From contig CM097886.1 in NCBI GenBank assembly GCA_044892525.1, positions 48,856,001 through 48,920,000 of the forward strand: a stretch of DNA of 64,000 nt, given 5' to 3'. The DNA is from Schmidtea polychroa (Eukaryota). The stretch's first letter is position 1; each line of letters begins with the position of its first letter. Positions 18,679 through 32,750 of the stretch are shown here, piece by piece. The position numbers were made by a program, and so were the translations under genes. The notes under the pieces were generated by a model. It searched no databases, was not told where the DNA came from, and saw only the letters and a program-made list of their open reading frames with translations.

Positions 18679-21600
18679 ATGACTAAACACAGAACGGCAA
18701 ATAAAATTGAGATACGTGACAATTTTCTTGAAATAGTTAAATTAGAATATAATTCCTTGCAAGATCAGATTATTTTAAAAAAGAAAGATGATGTTCGCCA
18801 AATCTTAAAACACAACTTAGATATCATTGATGAACAGCTAGAAATGGTTAGTGAAATGAAATCTTTATCTCCCTATTGTGAGAAAGTTAGATTTTCTCAA
18901 ACTTACAGTGAACATGATGATTTCGAAGTGAAAATAAATTCCAAATCATATAAATCTCGCGTTAGGCTATTACCATATGTAAGATGTTATAAATAAAAGA
19001 TACTAATGGAACAAAATTTACTAATTTAAGATTGAAAAGTTACCAGTAATGTTGAGTTGGGCTCCATTGCAACAAAACTTTAGTGTTGAAGATGAAATAG
19101 AATTAACAAATATCCCATATATGGGTGAAGATCATGACCCTAAATTTATCGAAGAATTACTTCGAAATTACGAAGGCCGAGTGCATGGAAATTTTCCTTT
19201 TGACTTCAATGAAAATCAGCTGATTGATTTATTAAAAACTTTGAGTGAAAAGTATGATTGGTATAAAGTTAGTTAAACATTTTTTGTGAAATATTTTCAA
19301 TTTAATAAATTTTATCAAACATTAATTATAATATTTTAGTACTTCATTCATTATAAAGTTATATAATCAAATCAATTTTTTTACTTGTGTCTAAGGAAGA
19401 TTAAATATTGCTCACTAGTAACGAATGACTTAATAAATTACAATAGTAAAAAGTTTTCTCATATTTTAACCATTATAATCTTAAACTGCATTTAATTATG
19501 TATCATATTAATTTTGAAAAGAAAAAAAATTAATTTTTAGTTTACGAATATTTCCAAATCCATTTCTTTGTGCCTAAGGATACGCTTTTCATGTTGCCTC
19601 AGAAACGTTAACGACTTATTACAACAAGCAATATGTGAAAAAGGAGTCACATTGAGATTATCGGTTTGAGACTTGGAAGTTGAGAAAACTTGACTGATAT
19701 GATAAACTATTCGTCTTTAAACTATTGACGTTATATATCCATTAAATTCATTCACCGAAATAACTCGTACCTTATAATATAAACCCTGGCTTGTTGGTAA
19801 TCATTTTATTTGCGTATATGTACTAGCCTACAACATATGGCGAATGAGAACGAATAAAATTATGCTGGCGGTCAATGTGTTAATACAATTATCATGTTCC
19901 TGTCATTCCTATGCATGTAACAAAATATGAAATCAAATCTACTTGTTAATACTTAATTAATTTTTAATTATAATGATATACAATTGTATTAAAATTTAGA
20001 AAAAAAATTATTTAAGAAAATGTACTGTTGGGTCTCAGTCTTCTGTAACACCTGGTGTATGAGGGGTCTCTCACACACGAATTTATTTCAATAAAAGATT
20101 GTTAGACTGGTAAATTAATATCAGTTCCCTCTTATATCCAAATATTGATAAATTTTCTACAATTTATGCTTTACGACCAATTAGCGGAAATAATCTAGAT
20201 GCTCAGTGTAAATAAAATTTATTTTTTTCAGTTTTTTCAATTATAATTGTTGTTGTAGGAATAACTCTCGAATTTCCATTTTAAATTTAAAAGATTTCAA
20301 TTAAGAACTAAAATCCTTGATTTTTAATGTTTTACTAAATGTTCCTTTAATGAATCTCAAGGATTTGAAATGTTTCATCAAGTAGTTCAAACAACTGAAT
20401 TTCACTATCCAGATCTATAAATAATTCTATTAATTTGAATATAATCTGGCTAACAGTTGTCAGTTGAATTTATATTTTCTAATAAATCTTCATTATATAG
20501 GGTTGCCAGACGTCCCGATTTTCCGGGATTGTCGCGGTTTTTTTTGCATTGCAAACAAAATTTATCACACTTTTTCTATTTTTCGAATTAGCTTTCTTGC
20601 TCGATGGGTTTTAATATGAAAATTTTCCTGTTGGGTAGTTTGTCTTTGTTATGAATGACAGATGGTTAAGTTTTGTTTTTGTTTAATTTAATCTGTTTCC
20701 GTTGTTGGAAAGTTACTTTTTTATTTACAATATTTAAAGCTATTAAATTATTTTAAAATATGTGAGTTTATTGATTTTTATATTTTTACTTGGTTTATTA
20801 TTTTATTTTTTATATAGTTACCCTAATTTAAAATGCCAAAAATAGGGTTTCCGGGATTGTCCCGGTTTGTCTTGGTAAAAATCTGGCAACCCTACATTAA
20901 TAATTTAAAATGAAAAAAAATTGATTCTTAGAAATCTTGTTCCGAAATCTTTAACCTATTACCCGCTTATTTGCTTTATCAAGACTCTAAGGCAGTGTTT
21001 CTCAATCCCTGTGCCAAAAGAGATCTACGGGTGTGTCGCAATATTAAAATTTAAAAAAACAAACTCCTGCCCTTCAGGAGCTTTCAAAATACTAAGATAC
21101 ATTTATCTTTTATCATTCGAAAGCTTATGCTTCTTATATTGGAAAGTTATTTTTCATCTAAATGCGATAGTATAAAATTTAAATTTTAGAAAGTAAACAA
21201 CCACGTAATTTTTTGTTTATGGGGTGGCATGATAAAAATCTATTTTTTGGTGTGTCGCGGGCTAGAAAAGGTTAGGAATCACTTCTTTAAGGTGTTTCGT
21301 GTAATTTAGGATATTTTTTCTCTTTGAAGCAGTGATTTCTTATCTTTTTATTGATATGCACTCTAAAATTTCAAAATACGTTCTCGCATCCATTGAAAGA
21401 TCACTCACTTTATTAATGTGCAAAATTCTAGAAAAAAGATTCCTCATTTTAATGAATATTCGCTTTAGGATGTTCTTTCTCATTTGCAACACATACAAGA
21501 ATCTTCCAAACTCCATTTGATCTTACATGAACTCATAATCACTATTGTATTACGTTATCAAAAATCTTCGGTCTCCAATATACATATATCATCCTAAAAG

Positions 21601-22452
21601 CAATTTCCATATGTGAAAACCTCATTGAATATTACACAATCCTAAATTTCCTAGCATTTCTTTTTCGTAACTGGAAAAATTTAGACCGTAAGCAAATATA
21701 TGTTTGAATTTTAACTGTAAATATTGAAAAGTTTGGAAATCATTTAGCTTTTGTATTTCAGTTTTTATTTCCAGTTCAATAATGCGATTTTACAAGTGAA
21801 AATATAATTTTTATGTTTTCTGTCAAAGCACGGTAATATTGATTATAAAACATTGTTACCATTAAAGACAAAATGCGTAGAATATTCATCTCAATTGAAT
21901 TATATTTTGTTTTATATATTTACACAAAACATTGATCAAACCTATAAAATGAAGATACTTGGAATGGTAAATTATCAATAGTGAATAAAATAAAAGATTC
22001 TATTAATTGCTCAAAATTTTGATATTTTAAGAAAAATTAAGTCAACTCTGTGTAGATAATTGATATACGAATTTAAGAAGTTTTGAACTTAGAATAAATT
22101 AATGAATGGAATTTACGTGACAGAGGGTTCACATCATTATCATCACATCACAAATAGTTAAGTCAAAAGAAAACAAAAGACATGTTTAAATTATAGGCAA
22201 TGATAATAATTTTCAATTTGATTAAATTTATTATGTAAAAATTAAAATTCACGACGAGAATAATTACTATAATAGGGAAATTTGAGAATACAATTAAATT
22301 AAAACTTCTATTTGACTCTTGTAAGATCACACCAAAATTTTAACTGACATTTTTAGCTTTGAAAAAATACGAAAATTTTAAATCAACCATACATATTTTG
22401 GCATTCTAATCATGCAATTTTTTAAGATATGTCTTGATTTTTACTTGTTTTA

Positions 22453-22511
<59 letters not shown>

Positions 22512-25500
22512 TAATATATATATGCTTCTAAAAGTGTTTCCATGTAAATTTTCCATATCATTAAACCGATAATGTATTCTGAAAACATAAAGGAAAATGT
22601 CGGTCAATGAGATTTTTAGAGATCTTGTGTGTAATACAATGTAATTATCCGTAATTATTGTGAATAAAGATAATCCTGAAATTATTTCATTTAAAAATCT
22701 TGTCAAATAATTTTACATAGCTCAGTGAATTTCGATGAAATATTTATTCGTTGCATTCATATCGATTATGGAATAATAATCTAAAAGTACTTTTTGTGAA
22801 GATTTGTCTCAATGGTGGCTCGTCTTTATTTCTAATTAGATCTTTCACTGATTTCAAAATTTAGATATGATTTTTTTCCTATTATTCTTGCTTTTTTAAC
22901 CAAGTTAAGACAATCCCAACTACTTTAAATATTTCTGAATTAATAGAACTATACAATTTCTTTACCTTTCACATAATTTTTTGATAATGTTCTCGTAATT
23001 TTCTTTCCAAATGATAATTGCTAGATCCGGATTTCCGCCCACCTTAACTGAGGTTAGTATTTCAACAGGAAATTTTATCTATTCCACACATTGCACATTT
23101 ACTAAATGAAAATGGTAAATTTCGAAGAAAAAAATTTAATTAACTTATTCCTAATTTGTAAAATATTCTATAATACTAATTTTCAGCTTGCAGATAATAA
23201 AGTAAAAAAAAACCAAGAAAAATTTGAAAATTTTGATTATCCAGAAATAATTTTCAAGGTTTCTTTTTAAATGTGACGAAAAATCATATATAAACTAATA
23301 ATTATCCATCAGGCCATTGCCGAGACTTTCGGAGATGTCGAAGATTATGGGAAGTTAATAGCGAGATATTTAGAAATGAAATTGATCTCGGAAAAATCTG
23401 CGTCAGACGGTGTCGAAACGGTGACTCCTAATCTCGACAATGAAGAAGAAATTCGAGAAATGGAGAAATTTTTGCGTGCAACTCAACCCGAAAATTCAAT
23501 AATAGAACATAAACGTGACGATGCAACTCATACGTTTCGATCACTCATATGTAGGCGATGTTTCAAGTATGATTGTGCTATGCATCCATATAGATCTTCG
23601 AAGTCTATGTGGAATAATGCAAATGCATATAGTTCGGGTAAAATATGTTCCCATGGGTTTTATTGCTTTTCACGGAGATGTCGATTTAGATGTTATTGGA
23701 CCGTGTGAAAAAAATTGTTTTAAATTGGAATTGGCCAATATCGAAGGCGATTTGAATAGTAAGAAACAATTGATAAGAAACAATTTTTCGTTCTAAAATC
23801 TATTGTATAAATTAGGTGAAAACAACAATCATTGTGATTATAACCAATGGACACTTTCTGAACGGACAATGCTCAATGTTTTATTGCCTCTATTCAGAAC
23901 TGATTATTGCGCTTTATCACAATTGCTGAAATCAAAATCCTGTGCTCAGGTAAAGACTTTTGTGTGGAAAAATTTCCATTTTACATATTTTTTAAATGGA
24001 ATTCAGGTTTATTCGTATGTTCAAGCATATAAAAAAGAAGATTTGGAGAATATGATGACAGCAAGTGATAATCAGACCCATCAAACTGTAAATAATAATA
24101 GGGGCGTTAAACGAAAGAAAATGAAACAAAGGAAACGTCCTTTACCAAAAATATCTAAATTAGGTGAATTTTTGTTTTATAAGTTTTTATTAAAGTTTTT
24201 TTTATTTCTTATGTTGCTCAAAATGAATAAATTACCTTTAGACTTTTCTAATTACAATTTTAAAACACTTTACTTATAATTTGTCAGTAATATTTATGTT
24301 TTTAGAATAATAAAATTTATTTAATCTTATATATTTTACTCACAAATTATAAGTAACACCGATCAAAACATTATCCTTCAAAGGTGGTAATCATTTTTTG
24401 TATTTTTCAACCATTTATTTTTACTTGAAACAAAAAATTATCAGTGGCTATTTTCCTAAACTTTACAGTTGAAAGTGTTTCATCTTCTTGTTCACCTTTG
24501 TCAAAATAGATGGAAGTATCGGAATTCTCATTCTTTATTGACTCGTGTTTGGTATCAACGGTCGAATGAGAACTTATGCTCTCAAATATATGGTTTATTA
24601 AATTAAGTAGAATCAGCAGATAATTTGTAGAGGAATTATTCCACATTGATATTAATCCCATCATTAATAAATACTTCCATGTGTTCTTCTAAAATTCCCA
24701 TGGCATTTTAGAACATAGGCCCATCTTGAACCGTTGCCCGAATGTGATTGTTTATGGCTTCGCGATAACCTGTATTTATTGCCCATTGAACAAACAGAAG
24801 ACCGAGTGTCCAAGAAAACGTTTTGCTGTTTCGCATCCATGCTATTAATGAGTCTTCGTGGCTTTATTGCTTCTTTCTAGATAGCCCAGGTTGGCCTTAC
24901 ATTGATCAGCATTAAATCTGGCCACATAGATCGTAATTTTGGATGACGTTTGCCGTGAGTTGTATTCATTGTCGAATAACCTACTAAAATGTCATGATTC
25001 TTCATTTCGGCGTGTTAAATACTTCTGGAACCTTTACATAATGAGTCACCGCAACTGGGTCTTTCTGATTCCTATAATACAATGAGAGTTCAGCCTTTTG
25101 ATAATTTAAAGCATAATTTTATTTTCGTGGATAATGGTTTCTTAAATATCTGATATCGCAAAACTCCCTTGTGCCTCAAGGGGTTTCTTTCTATAAAATG
25201 TTTTAATTATTAGTTTTCTATTTCATTTTTATTTAGCTAACGATTTAGATTGCAAAAACGGAAATGACAATTTAAGTGATTGTGAAGTTATCGATCATAG
25301 TGCCTTTGGTTCTAAAACAGATTCCAATCAATTTTATCACCCTTGTGATCACCCGGGCTTTCCGTGTGATGAAAAATGCAATTGTCGCCAGGTTGGTAAT
25401 TTTTGTGAGAAATTTTGCCAGTGTTCTCGTTCATGTTCGAATCGATTTATCGGTTGTAAATGCCGTGGCCACTGTAACACTAAACAATGTCCTTGCTTTC

Positions 25501-26364
25501 TCGCTAATAGAGAATGTGATCAAGATCTTTGCCAGTGCTGTGCACCGAAGCATATAAATCGATCATATAGTCTAAAATCATTGACAAACCTGGAAATAAA
25601 TGGCATTTCTACAAAATTTTCCTCCGTTTCAAATAGTGGGGCTGAAAATAGTCACGATTCTTTTATTTCCCATAGTGTTTCCACTAACGGCCTTTATAAA
25701 ACTCAAATTTCAAATGACTCCTTTCAAAAAGATGTATCAAATTCTATCAACAATAACGGCACCGATTCGAATACCAATAATAGCATTACCTGTAAGAATA
25801 TGGCTATACAACGTGGACAGAGGAAACATCTATTAATGTCTGTTTCAGATGTAGCAGGGTAAATATATTTGTCAATAAGTAAATAAATATTAATAGATTT
25901 TAGTTGGGGTATTTATACAAAAGAAGATATAGTAAAGAATGAATTTATCTATGAATATTGCGGAGAAATTATTAGTCAAGATGAAGCTGATAGGCGGGGG
26001 AAAATTTATGACAAAACAATGTCAAGTTTTTTGTTCAATCTCAATCAGAGTTTTGTTGTTGATGCGACAAGGAAAGGAAACAAAATAAGATTTGCTAATC
26101 ATTCCGTCAATCCAAATTGTTGTGCTAAAGTAATAATAGATTTAGTGCTATTTTATCCAAACTTAATTATTTTAGATTCTCCTGGTAAATGGTGATCATC
26201 GAATTGGAATTTTTGCTAAACACAATATTAAAGCAGGAGATGAATTATTTTTTGACTACAGATATGGTCCCACTGAGCAGCTAAAATATGTTGGTATTGA
26301 AAGGGAAATAGAAACTCAAAATTTATCAGGAAATCAATCAAGTAATAGGAAATATTCCAATTAG
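18679..26364 (+). CDS. EZH2: Enhancer of zeste / EZH histone H3K27 methyltransferase (multi-exon)
   Basis: [14 protein letters not shown]...NIPYMG; [14 protein letters not shown]; SANT2 region; CXC domain ([12 protein letters not shown]...CEKFCQC...GCKC...CFLANRECD); SET domain ([45 protein letters not shown]); GT-AG introns; stop TAG at 26362. Confidence 0.95.
20498..20894. mobile_element. hAT-type MITE in an EZH intron
   Basis: TIRs TAGGGTTGCCAGA / TCTGGCAACCCTA; imperfect TSD (cattata / cattaata). Confidence 0.8.
20993..21284. mobile_element. hAT/Charlie-type MITE
   Basis: CAGTGTTTCTCAA ... TTAGGAATCACTT ends; 8-bp TSD ctctaagg / ctttaagg. Confidence 0.75.
22455..22520. repeat. (TA)n microsatellite
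   Basis: Direct observation. Confidence 0.95.
24410..25080 (-). mobile_element. Decayed Ginger/KRBA2-SCAND3-type integrase relic in an EZH intron
   Basis: Minus-strand fragments [12 protein letters not shown] and [21 protein letters not shown] resemble the LWPxLxIVHG...W...GLxFVQ...N core of KRBA2/SCAND3-like integrases; contains stops and frameshifts. Confidence 0.5.
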
Positions 26365-26588
26365 TTTTTAAAATTTGTGGTTAATAAAAGTAGTTTTCTG
26401 TAATTCTTTTTAATATGCACATTTGTTATGCATTTATTTAATTATATGAATATTCTTTTTATTGGTTAGTGTCTTTTGAAATTTTTAAATAAAAATTCGT
26501 AATTTGACTTTACTTGTTTAAATTTTCAATTTCAAGTCATTTTTTAATATTGCGTTATAAATTTGTATTTTATTCATAATTGATTCTT

Positions 26589-27834
26589 ATGATAAATGAA
26601 TTTGTAAGTTTATTTTATTAATATTTTGTCATAAATTAAAATTAGTTATCACAATCTTTTATAAATGGAGCTTTTAGTGGTTTTATATCTACTATTGCAC
26701 TTCAACCTCTAGATGTAGTTAAGACTCGTATGCAGTTACAAAGTATGAATTTGTAAGTTTAATACATTTTGGAAAATTTTTAATGATGAATTAGAGAAAA
26801 ATCAATGAATATCAAATCGCATGTCATTCACTTATATTCCAAGAATGGCATGAGAAGTTTATGGCGTGGAACTTTTCCTTCTTTGATAAGAACAGTTCCA
26901 GGAGTATCACTGTATATGAGTTTTATAACTTTTTATAGAAAGTCTTTGTAAGTAGATTTTTTAATAAAAATATTTCATATTGAATAATAAAATTACAAAT
27001 CTTGTTAAATAATTTTTATTTTTATAATCATACAAATTTAGAGAGTATTTAAATAACCGCATAATTTGGAAATAAAGGTTAATATAATAATGTAAAGAAA
27101 GTAATTATCGAAATCACTTTGATACACTCAAGAAATTCTATAATGTAGACACTGATTTTATAACTTATAAATACGATACCAAAAATTAGTTCTTTTTAAG
27201 TATAAAAAAATACATGTAAAACCACTTATTTTGGAGTTGTTGTTGGTTAAAAGATGAATATGTTTTTATATAAGCTCGTTACGGAAAATGCAAATTTAAT
27301 TATAAACTCTAATCTCTGTTTTCGTGTGATTTCTAATCGACTTTATTTAATCAAATTAAATCGATTTCTTCTCTCAGCATCAATGTAGATAAAACAAGCA
27401 GTGGCTCATTTTTTCTTGGAGTTATTTCAAGAAGTTCAGCAACCGTTGTTCTTATGCCGTTTTCAGTTTTGAAAACACAAATTGAGGTTTTCTTTTCTGT
27501 TGGGTTTTATCGTTGATATCTCATTGCCAGAGCCATGTTCATGCCAAATTTTCAATTTATCAATCAGCGTGCAGAATTTTCACAGTTTCTGGATTGCCAG
27601 GTTTGCTTGTTCGCTTATTAGTAGAACTTGATATTTTAATTTCTTACTATTTGCACCAATTGAGATTTATAACGTAAATATTTATTTGATGTTCACTTAC
27701 AAGTTTACGGTTTAATGATAAGGTCCATTAATTGTTGGTAGCCAGGTCTAAGTCAATTCTGAGACTAGTCAAAGTGAAAATTGTGTTATATATAAACAAA
27801 AAACGTTAATTAAGTACTAATTGTTAAAGTGAAT

Positions 27835-27867
<33 letters not shown>

Positions 27868-30800
27868 AAACCTTGGTTGGTTCAGGCAATTTTTCATATA
27901 TAAATTAATTGGGTAATCCTTTCAATACTGTAGGGACATTTTGTCCCAGAGAATTTCTAATAGTTACTAAAATAATTTAAATGCTTACAAATGCATTGGG
28001 ATCTGGGATTTTAGTGCTGTGCGGTCATAGGCTCGTAAACAAGTTCAAATCTGTCTGCTTTTTTTCTTTTCTATAAAATTTTGTCAGTCTAGATGTTGCT
28101 AACAAACAGTAGACACGTGTCACGCTTATTACTAACTGTGTTTTTATATGTACTGTGCTCAGAATTGCAGCAATAGTTTTTATAAGTTTTTTTATTTCCA
28201 AAAATAAAAATGGGACTTATATGTCCCAATAGCGTTAATTATTGCGATATTATGTCCCATCAGTATTGAATAACCCAGTTGTGGCCAACCCAAATCAATC
28301 GAAGGGCCAAATTTTCGGAAAAATACTATCACGGGCCACAATAAATTCATTTAAATAAATATAACTCGTTTTTACGATTCAAGTAAACTTAGAATCAATT
28401 TTTTTAATTAAAAACATGCTTAATTCGAATATGAATTCTAAAAAAGACAATTATTGATTTGATGTTTAAAATTGTGTCCGGGCCACATCAAAACGCCTCG
28501 CGGGCCACCGGATGGCCATGACTGGAATAACCTATATATTCAAAATTTTCGTTTTAGAATGGATAAACCTTTGTCAGATCATTTATTTAAATATTTGTTT
28601 TACCCGTCAAACTACATTAGCAATAAATATTTTGTGCTATAAATATTACTTGAATTATTAAAATAAAAAAAATCGTATTGAAAGGGTTAATTGAATACTC
28701 TTAAATGAACAACTGTGATTAATGAACACAAACTTTTAATTGAACATTAATTTTTTTTATTGGATATCATTATTTTACATAATTATAAATACTTAAACCC
28801 AATGCAAAAATTATATATTATTATAAATTATATATCTATTAAATAATTTTTGTCAAATTAAAATGTCTAAACGAAAAGCAGCAACATTAGAAGAAAAATA
28901 CGAAATAATCAAGTGAATTGAATCGTAAAAAATTTCCTAAATCCGAGTTTCTACTGAAACGGGGTTCCACGAAGCACAATAGCAAGATGGCGCGGATTTG
29001 GAAACGATAAAATTATAGAGGCATATGAAGCAAACAATCAAAGTCCTGCAAGAAAACGTCTTAGAAGTTCAAAATATAAAAAAAATTGAATGGTTCAAAG
29101 GAAAAAGAAAAGTTAACGTTCCAATAAATGGTCCTATTCTTCAAGCAAAAGCAGAAGATTTTGCAAAACGTCTTGGACAAGAATTCAAACCATGTAATGG
29201 ATGGCTTGACCGATGGAAAACAAAATATAATATATCCTTCCAAATTCTTAATGGAGAATCGGCCAAAGTTAATGAAAAAGAACCCATTGAGTATAGCACC
29301 AGAGAACTTCAACTTTGAAGATTGTGTTAATTGTGATGAAGAACTTGCTGTATCAGCTATCATTGATGACCAGGAATTTGCTGAAATCATCCTTGAAAAA
29401 GATAAAGAAATAACAGACGAAACGGATGAGTAAATTAAGGAAGATGAAGATGAATTTCAACGTCCATCAAAAAAACAAGCATTAGACGCAATCAAAACAT
29501 TAAGATATTATTTTCTATGTGGTGTAGCTGATACAAAAGATGAACTTAAAATGATTCACAGCTTAGAGAATAAGATAAGTATTTCAAATCAAAAGCAAAC
29601 AAAAATATCTGATTTTTTCAAACGTTAAATATAAAAGTATTTGTCTTTGCCTTTATTTTTGTATTTGGCTTTTATAATAATTAATTAAATAATTTTTTTC
29701 TTAATTTTATGTAACTCTTAATTGAACACCCTGCTATATGAACATAATTGTCGTGCCCTTTGAAAGTTTATTTAAACGCGTGTGTGTGTGTGTGTTGGGG
29801 TTAATATTAAAACCAAAAATATATAAAAAGATTATTGAAATCAATAAAAAGCTCCAAACAACGAAAGAACAAAATTAATTAAAATTTACTAAAAATCTAA
29901 AATCATTACTGGAAGAAGGAAATGGGTATGGTTGAAGGCCAAATTGAAAGACAAAGTCAGAAATTAAAAGGAAATTTTAATAAGGGGTTCACAGGGAAAG
30001 TGATAAATAAAAAACAAATTAATTAAAGTTTAAAAATCCGTAATGGGAAACCCGAGCGCTGAAGGGAACCCGAATCACATTGAAACACGATTGATTAGAT
30101 AGGAAAGCGAACTCACCCGAGCAACAATCCGGGGTAAACAAATCAGATTGATGTAATAACCCTCAAATTATTTATCCAAAATTCCCGAAAGCTAATGATT
30201 TACAATAATCCTAAGTTCTGTAGATAGGTGTCCTCTTAGAAAAAGTATAAAAAGAGCTCAAAAACAGACAAGCCTCCAGTTGATTGAAGAAACGAAAGAA
30301 ATTGAATGAATAAGTCAGTGACCAGAAGATAAAATCTGGTAATTGGAAGCAATTTTAATTCGTACCAGAAAAGGTGATTGCCATTTCGATTTTCTATCTT
30401 TGCAAGTAATATTTATTGGAGATAAAGATGCAAATCCAGTGACGAATTGTAATTATGATTGAAGTTTAATAAAGTTATTCTCTGTTGGGTTTCGATTATT
30501 TGAAAAACACGATGAGTCAGAGAAAACCGAATTGCAAAATAATAATGATTTGTTTTGTCTTACAACATTTTTATTGCTCTTATGAACGGCAAATTTCGAA
30601 AATCATTGAAAAGTTCATCGATAATTTGAGAGTTTTCATCTTTACAAATGTATAACAATGTGATGTTTTAATTCCGGTTTACAGATTTTAATTGATTCAT
30701 TCAATTCAAAAATAATTCTTAATAGACTATCGTAATAGGTAACTGTTATACAATTCGGTTAACTTTGAATTTTTTTCACAAAAAATCAATCTGAGCATTT

Positions 30801-31767
30801 ATTTCCTATATTTCTCAATTGAAAAAGTATCAAGTTGACAAATATTAGACAATATCATCAATAAACTATTTACAATTTGTTCCAAACATAGCAGGAGGAT
30901 TATTATTCCAACTATTCCTTATATTGTCTGGTATTCACTTCTGATTTTATAAAATGATTTCTATGATCTTTCATTCATTTCTATTTCATGTTCCTCTTAT
31001 TATAATTTCTTTATTTAAGTTTCTTTTGTCGCAATTAATTCACATTTGGTCTATGGCTAATTTTCCTTGTTTTCTACCTCTGACTGACTAAAAGCCGATT
31101 TCAATCGAATTGTTTATTTTTGATACTCTTCAATATATATCTTTCGACAGAATCTTTCGTATCGTGTTGTTTCCAATTTTATTTTATTTCCAGTTTTCTA
31201 GCTTCACTTTCGAAAAATTTATCATTTATTGATTTTCTACAAACTCGTATTTCTTTGCCTTTCATATATAATTATGAAATATTTCATTTTATTTACCTTT
31301 AGGATTTTATCGAGGGCTTTGTTCTACTGTTCTTAGAGACGCTCCATATTCAGGCATTTTTGTCATGACTTACAATAATTCTAAGGAAACTTTTAAAGGT
31401 AATCAACTTTCACGAATACTGATTTAACATCCGCTCAGCCAATGACAATTCGTGTGGGTTTTTGAGATTAGCCATGAGTGCATTCATTGCAAGTTGTTTT
31501 GCATCTACTGTCACACAGCCGGCAGATGTCATTAAAACACATCGTCAACTATTCACAGAAAAAAGAGAAAATCTCTCAGATATTCTTCGAAGAATTTACA
31601 AAGTTTGATTTCATCTTTGTTTTAGCTTTTTAGTATTTTTTTCTATTTAGACTGAAGGCATTGGTGGATATTTTAGAGGGAGCAGTCTAAGGATTTCTAG
31701 GAAAATGATTACATCATCAATTATATGGATAAATTATGATTCCTTCGTTAAAATATTGACAACATGA
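26589..31767 (+). CDS. SLC25A38: Mitochondrial carrier, SLC25A38/Hem25-like glycine transporter (multi-exon)
   Basis: Three carrier signatures (QPLDVVKTRMQ, MPFSVLKTQIE, QPADVIKTHRQ) plus LWRGTFPSLIRTVPG and RDAPYSG, typical of SLC25A38. The first exon (MINEF) is inferred. Confidence 0.85.
27917..28686. mobile_element. piggyBac-like non-autonomous element
   Basis: (G/T)TAA-TCCTTTCAATAC ... GTATTGAAAGGG-TTAA termini. Confidence 0.5.
28276..28524. mobile_element. hAT MITE nested in the piggyBac-like element
   Basis: CAGTTGTGGCCA / TGGCCATGACTG ends; perfect 8-bp TSD GAATAACC. Confidence 0.88.
28694..29780 (+). mobile_element. Internally deleted Tigger/pogo transposon relic
   Basis: MSKRKAATLEEKYEII (psq-type HTH, 28863); LQAKAEDFAKRLG...NGWLDRWK (CENP-B HTH); acidic C-terminus; DDE domain absent; contains stops. 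Confidence 0.8.
29793..30567 (+). mobile_element. Solo LTR related to family B
   Basis: TGTTGGGG...TACAACA; shares GAAACCCGAG and ACACGA-GAGTCAGA-ACCGA blocks with 16306-17343; no clean TSD seen. Confidence 0.6.
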
Positions 31768-32372
31768 TTTCTATTTTTTTGTTTTCGATTTTTGGCAGAT
31801 CTTTGAATTTTTATTCCTTTTTTTGCAATAATAAATTTATTTCTTGTCTTACTTTTTCATTTTATTATAAAAATAGATTTTGCTTTACGAATGACGTAAT
31901 AATTGTAAGCAACAGTTTGGAATTATTTTTTGCAATTATTGTTCAAAATAACAACCTGTTCAAAATTTAGGTTATTTTATTGGTTAGGTAAATTATCTTT
32001 TTTATCTTGGATATCTATGATTCTATTTGATGGATAATATACAAAATGGATAACAATTTTTTGCGTTATTTTTAAATTAAATAATAATTTTTTATATGAA
32101 TTATTTTTCAATAAGAAAAATTTTGTATGAGAATATTTTTTAGTTTAATATAATTTGATAAAGATTTTATATGTTAAATGTTTGAATATTCTTATTTTCA
32201 TTTAGTTATCAATAATACGATTCCTAGTATGAAGAAGACTGTTTAACGATTATATTTTAACGTTATATTTTAATATACTTAGTTGGTGATTTTAAATTTT
32301 TGAAACTTCGCATTATTTATTAGATCAAATTCATCAGTTCTTGACTATTTAAATCTAATTCCTGAATATATA

Positions 32373-32750
32373 TGTTGGATGACAAGGGTCGAACAATTAA
32401 GAATTTGAACTTTCGAAGTATTATAGAGTAGTCCCGAATAGATACAGGGTGAATATTTACGTGGAAACCTCATAACATCGACAATATCCACATTTCGCAA
32501 TCCAACCAAATCCAGTCCAGAGAGTGGTATCAATAGATCGTCGTTGCGGTGACAATATTGTAAATCTAACTGTACACACAAATACAAACTTTACACGCAC
32601 TATCTGTATCCAATTTGAAATCTGAAGAAATTGTTATATCTTATCGGTAAATTTTTATTATAAATAAATATCTTAAACAGTTTGTCTTTGTTATTTTCAT
32701 ATATATAAGAACCAGTAAAATTGGGGTTTTCGAATAACGAGACCTCAACT
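32373..32750 (+). mobile_element. Internally deleted, diverged solo LTR of the Bcl-2/env gypsy family
   Basis: Starts TGTTGGATGACAAGGGTCGAA and ends GAGACCTCAAC(T), matching the ends of the 2305-3316 LTR; TSD TATA. Confidence 0.85.
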
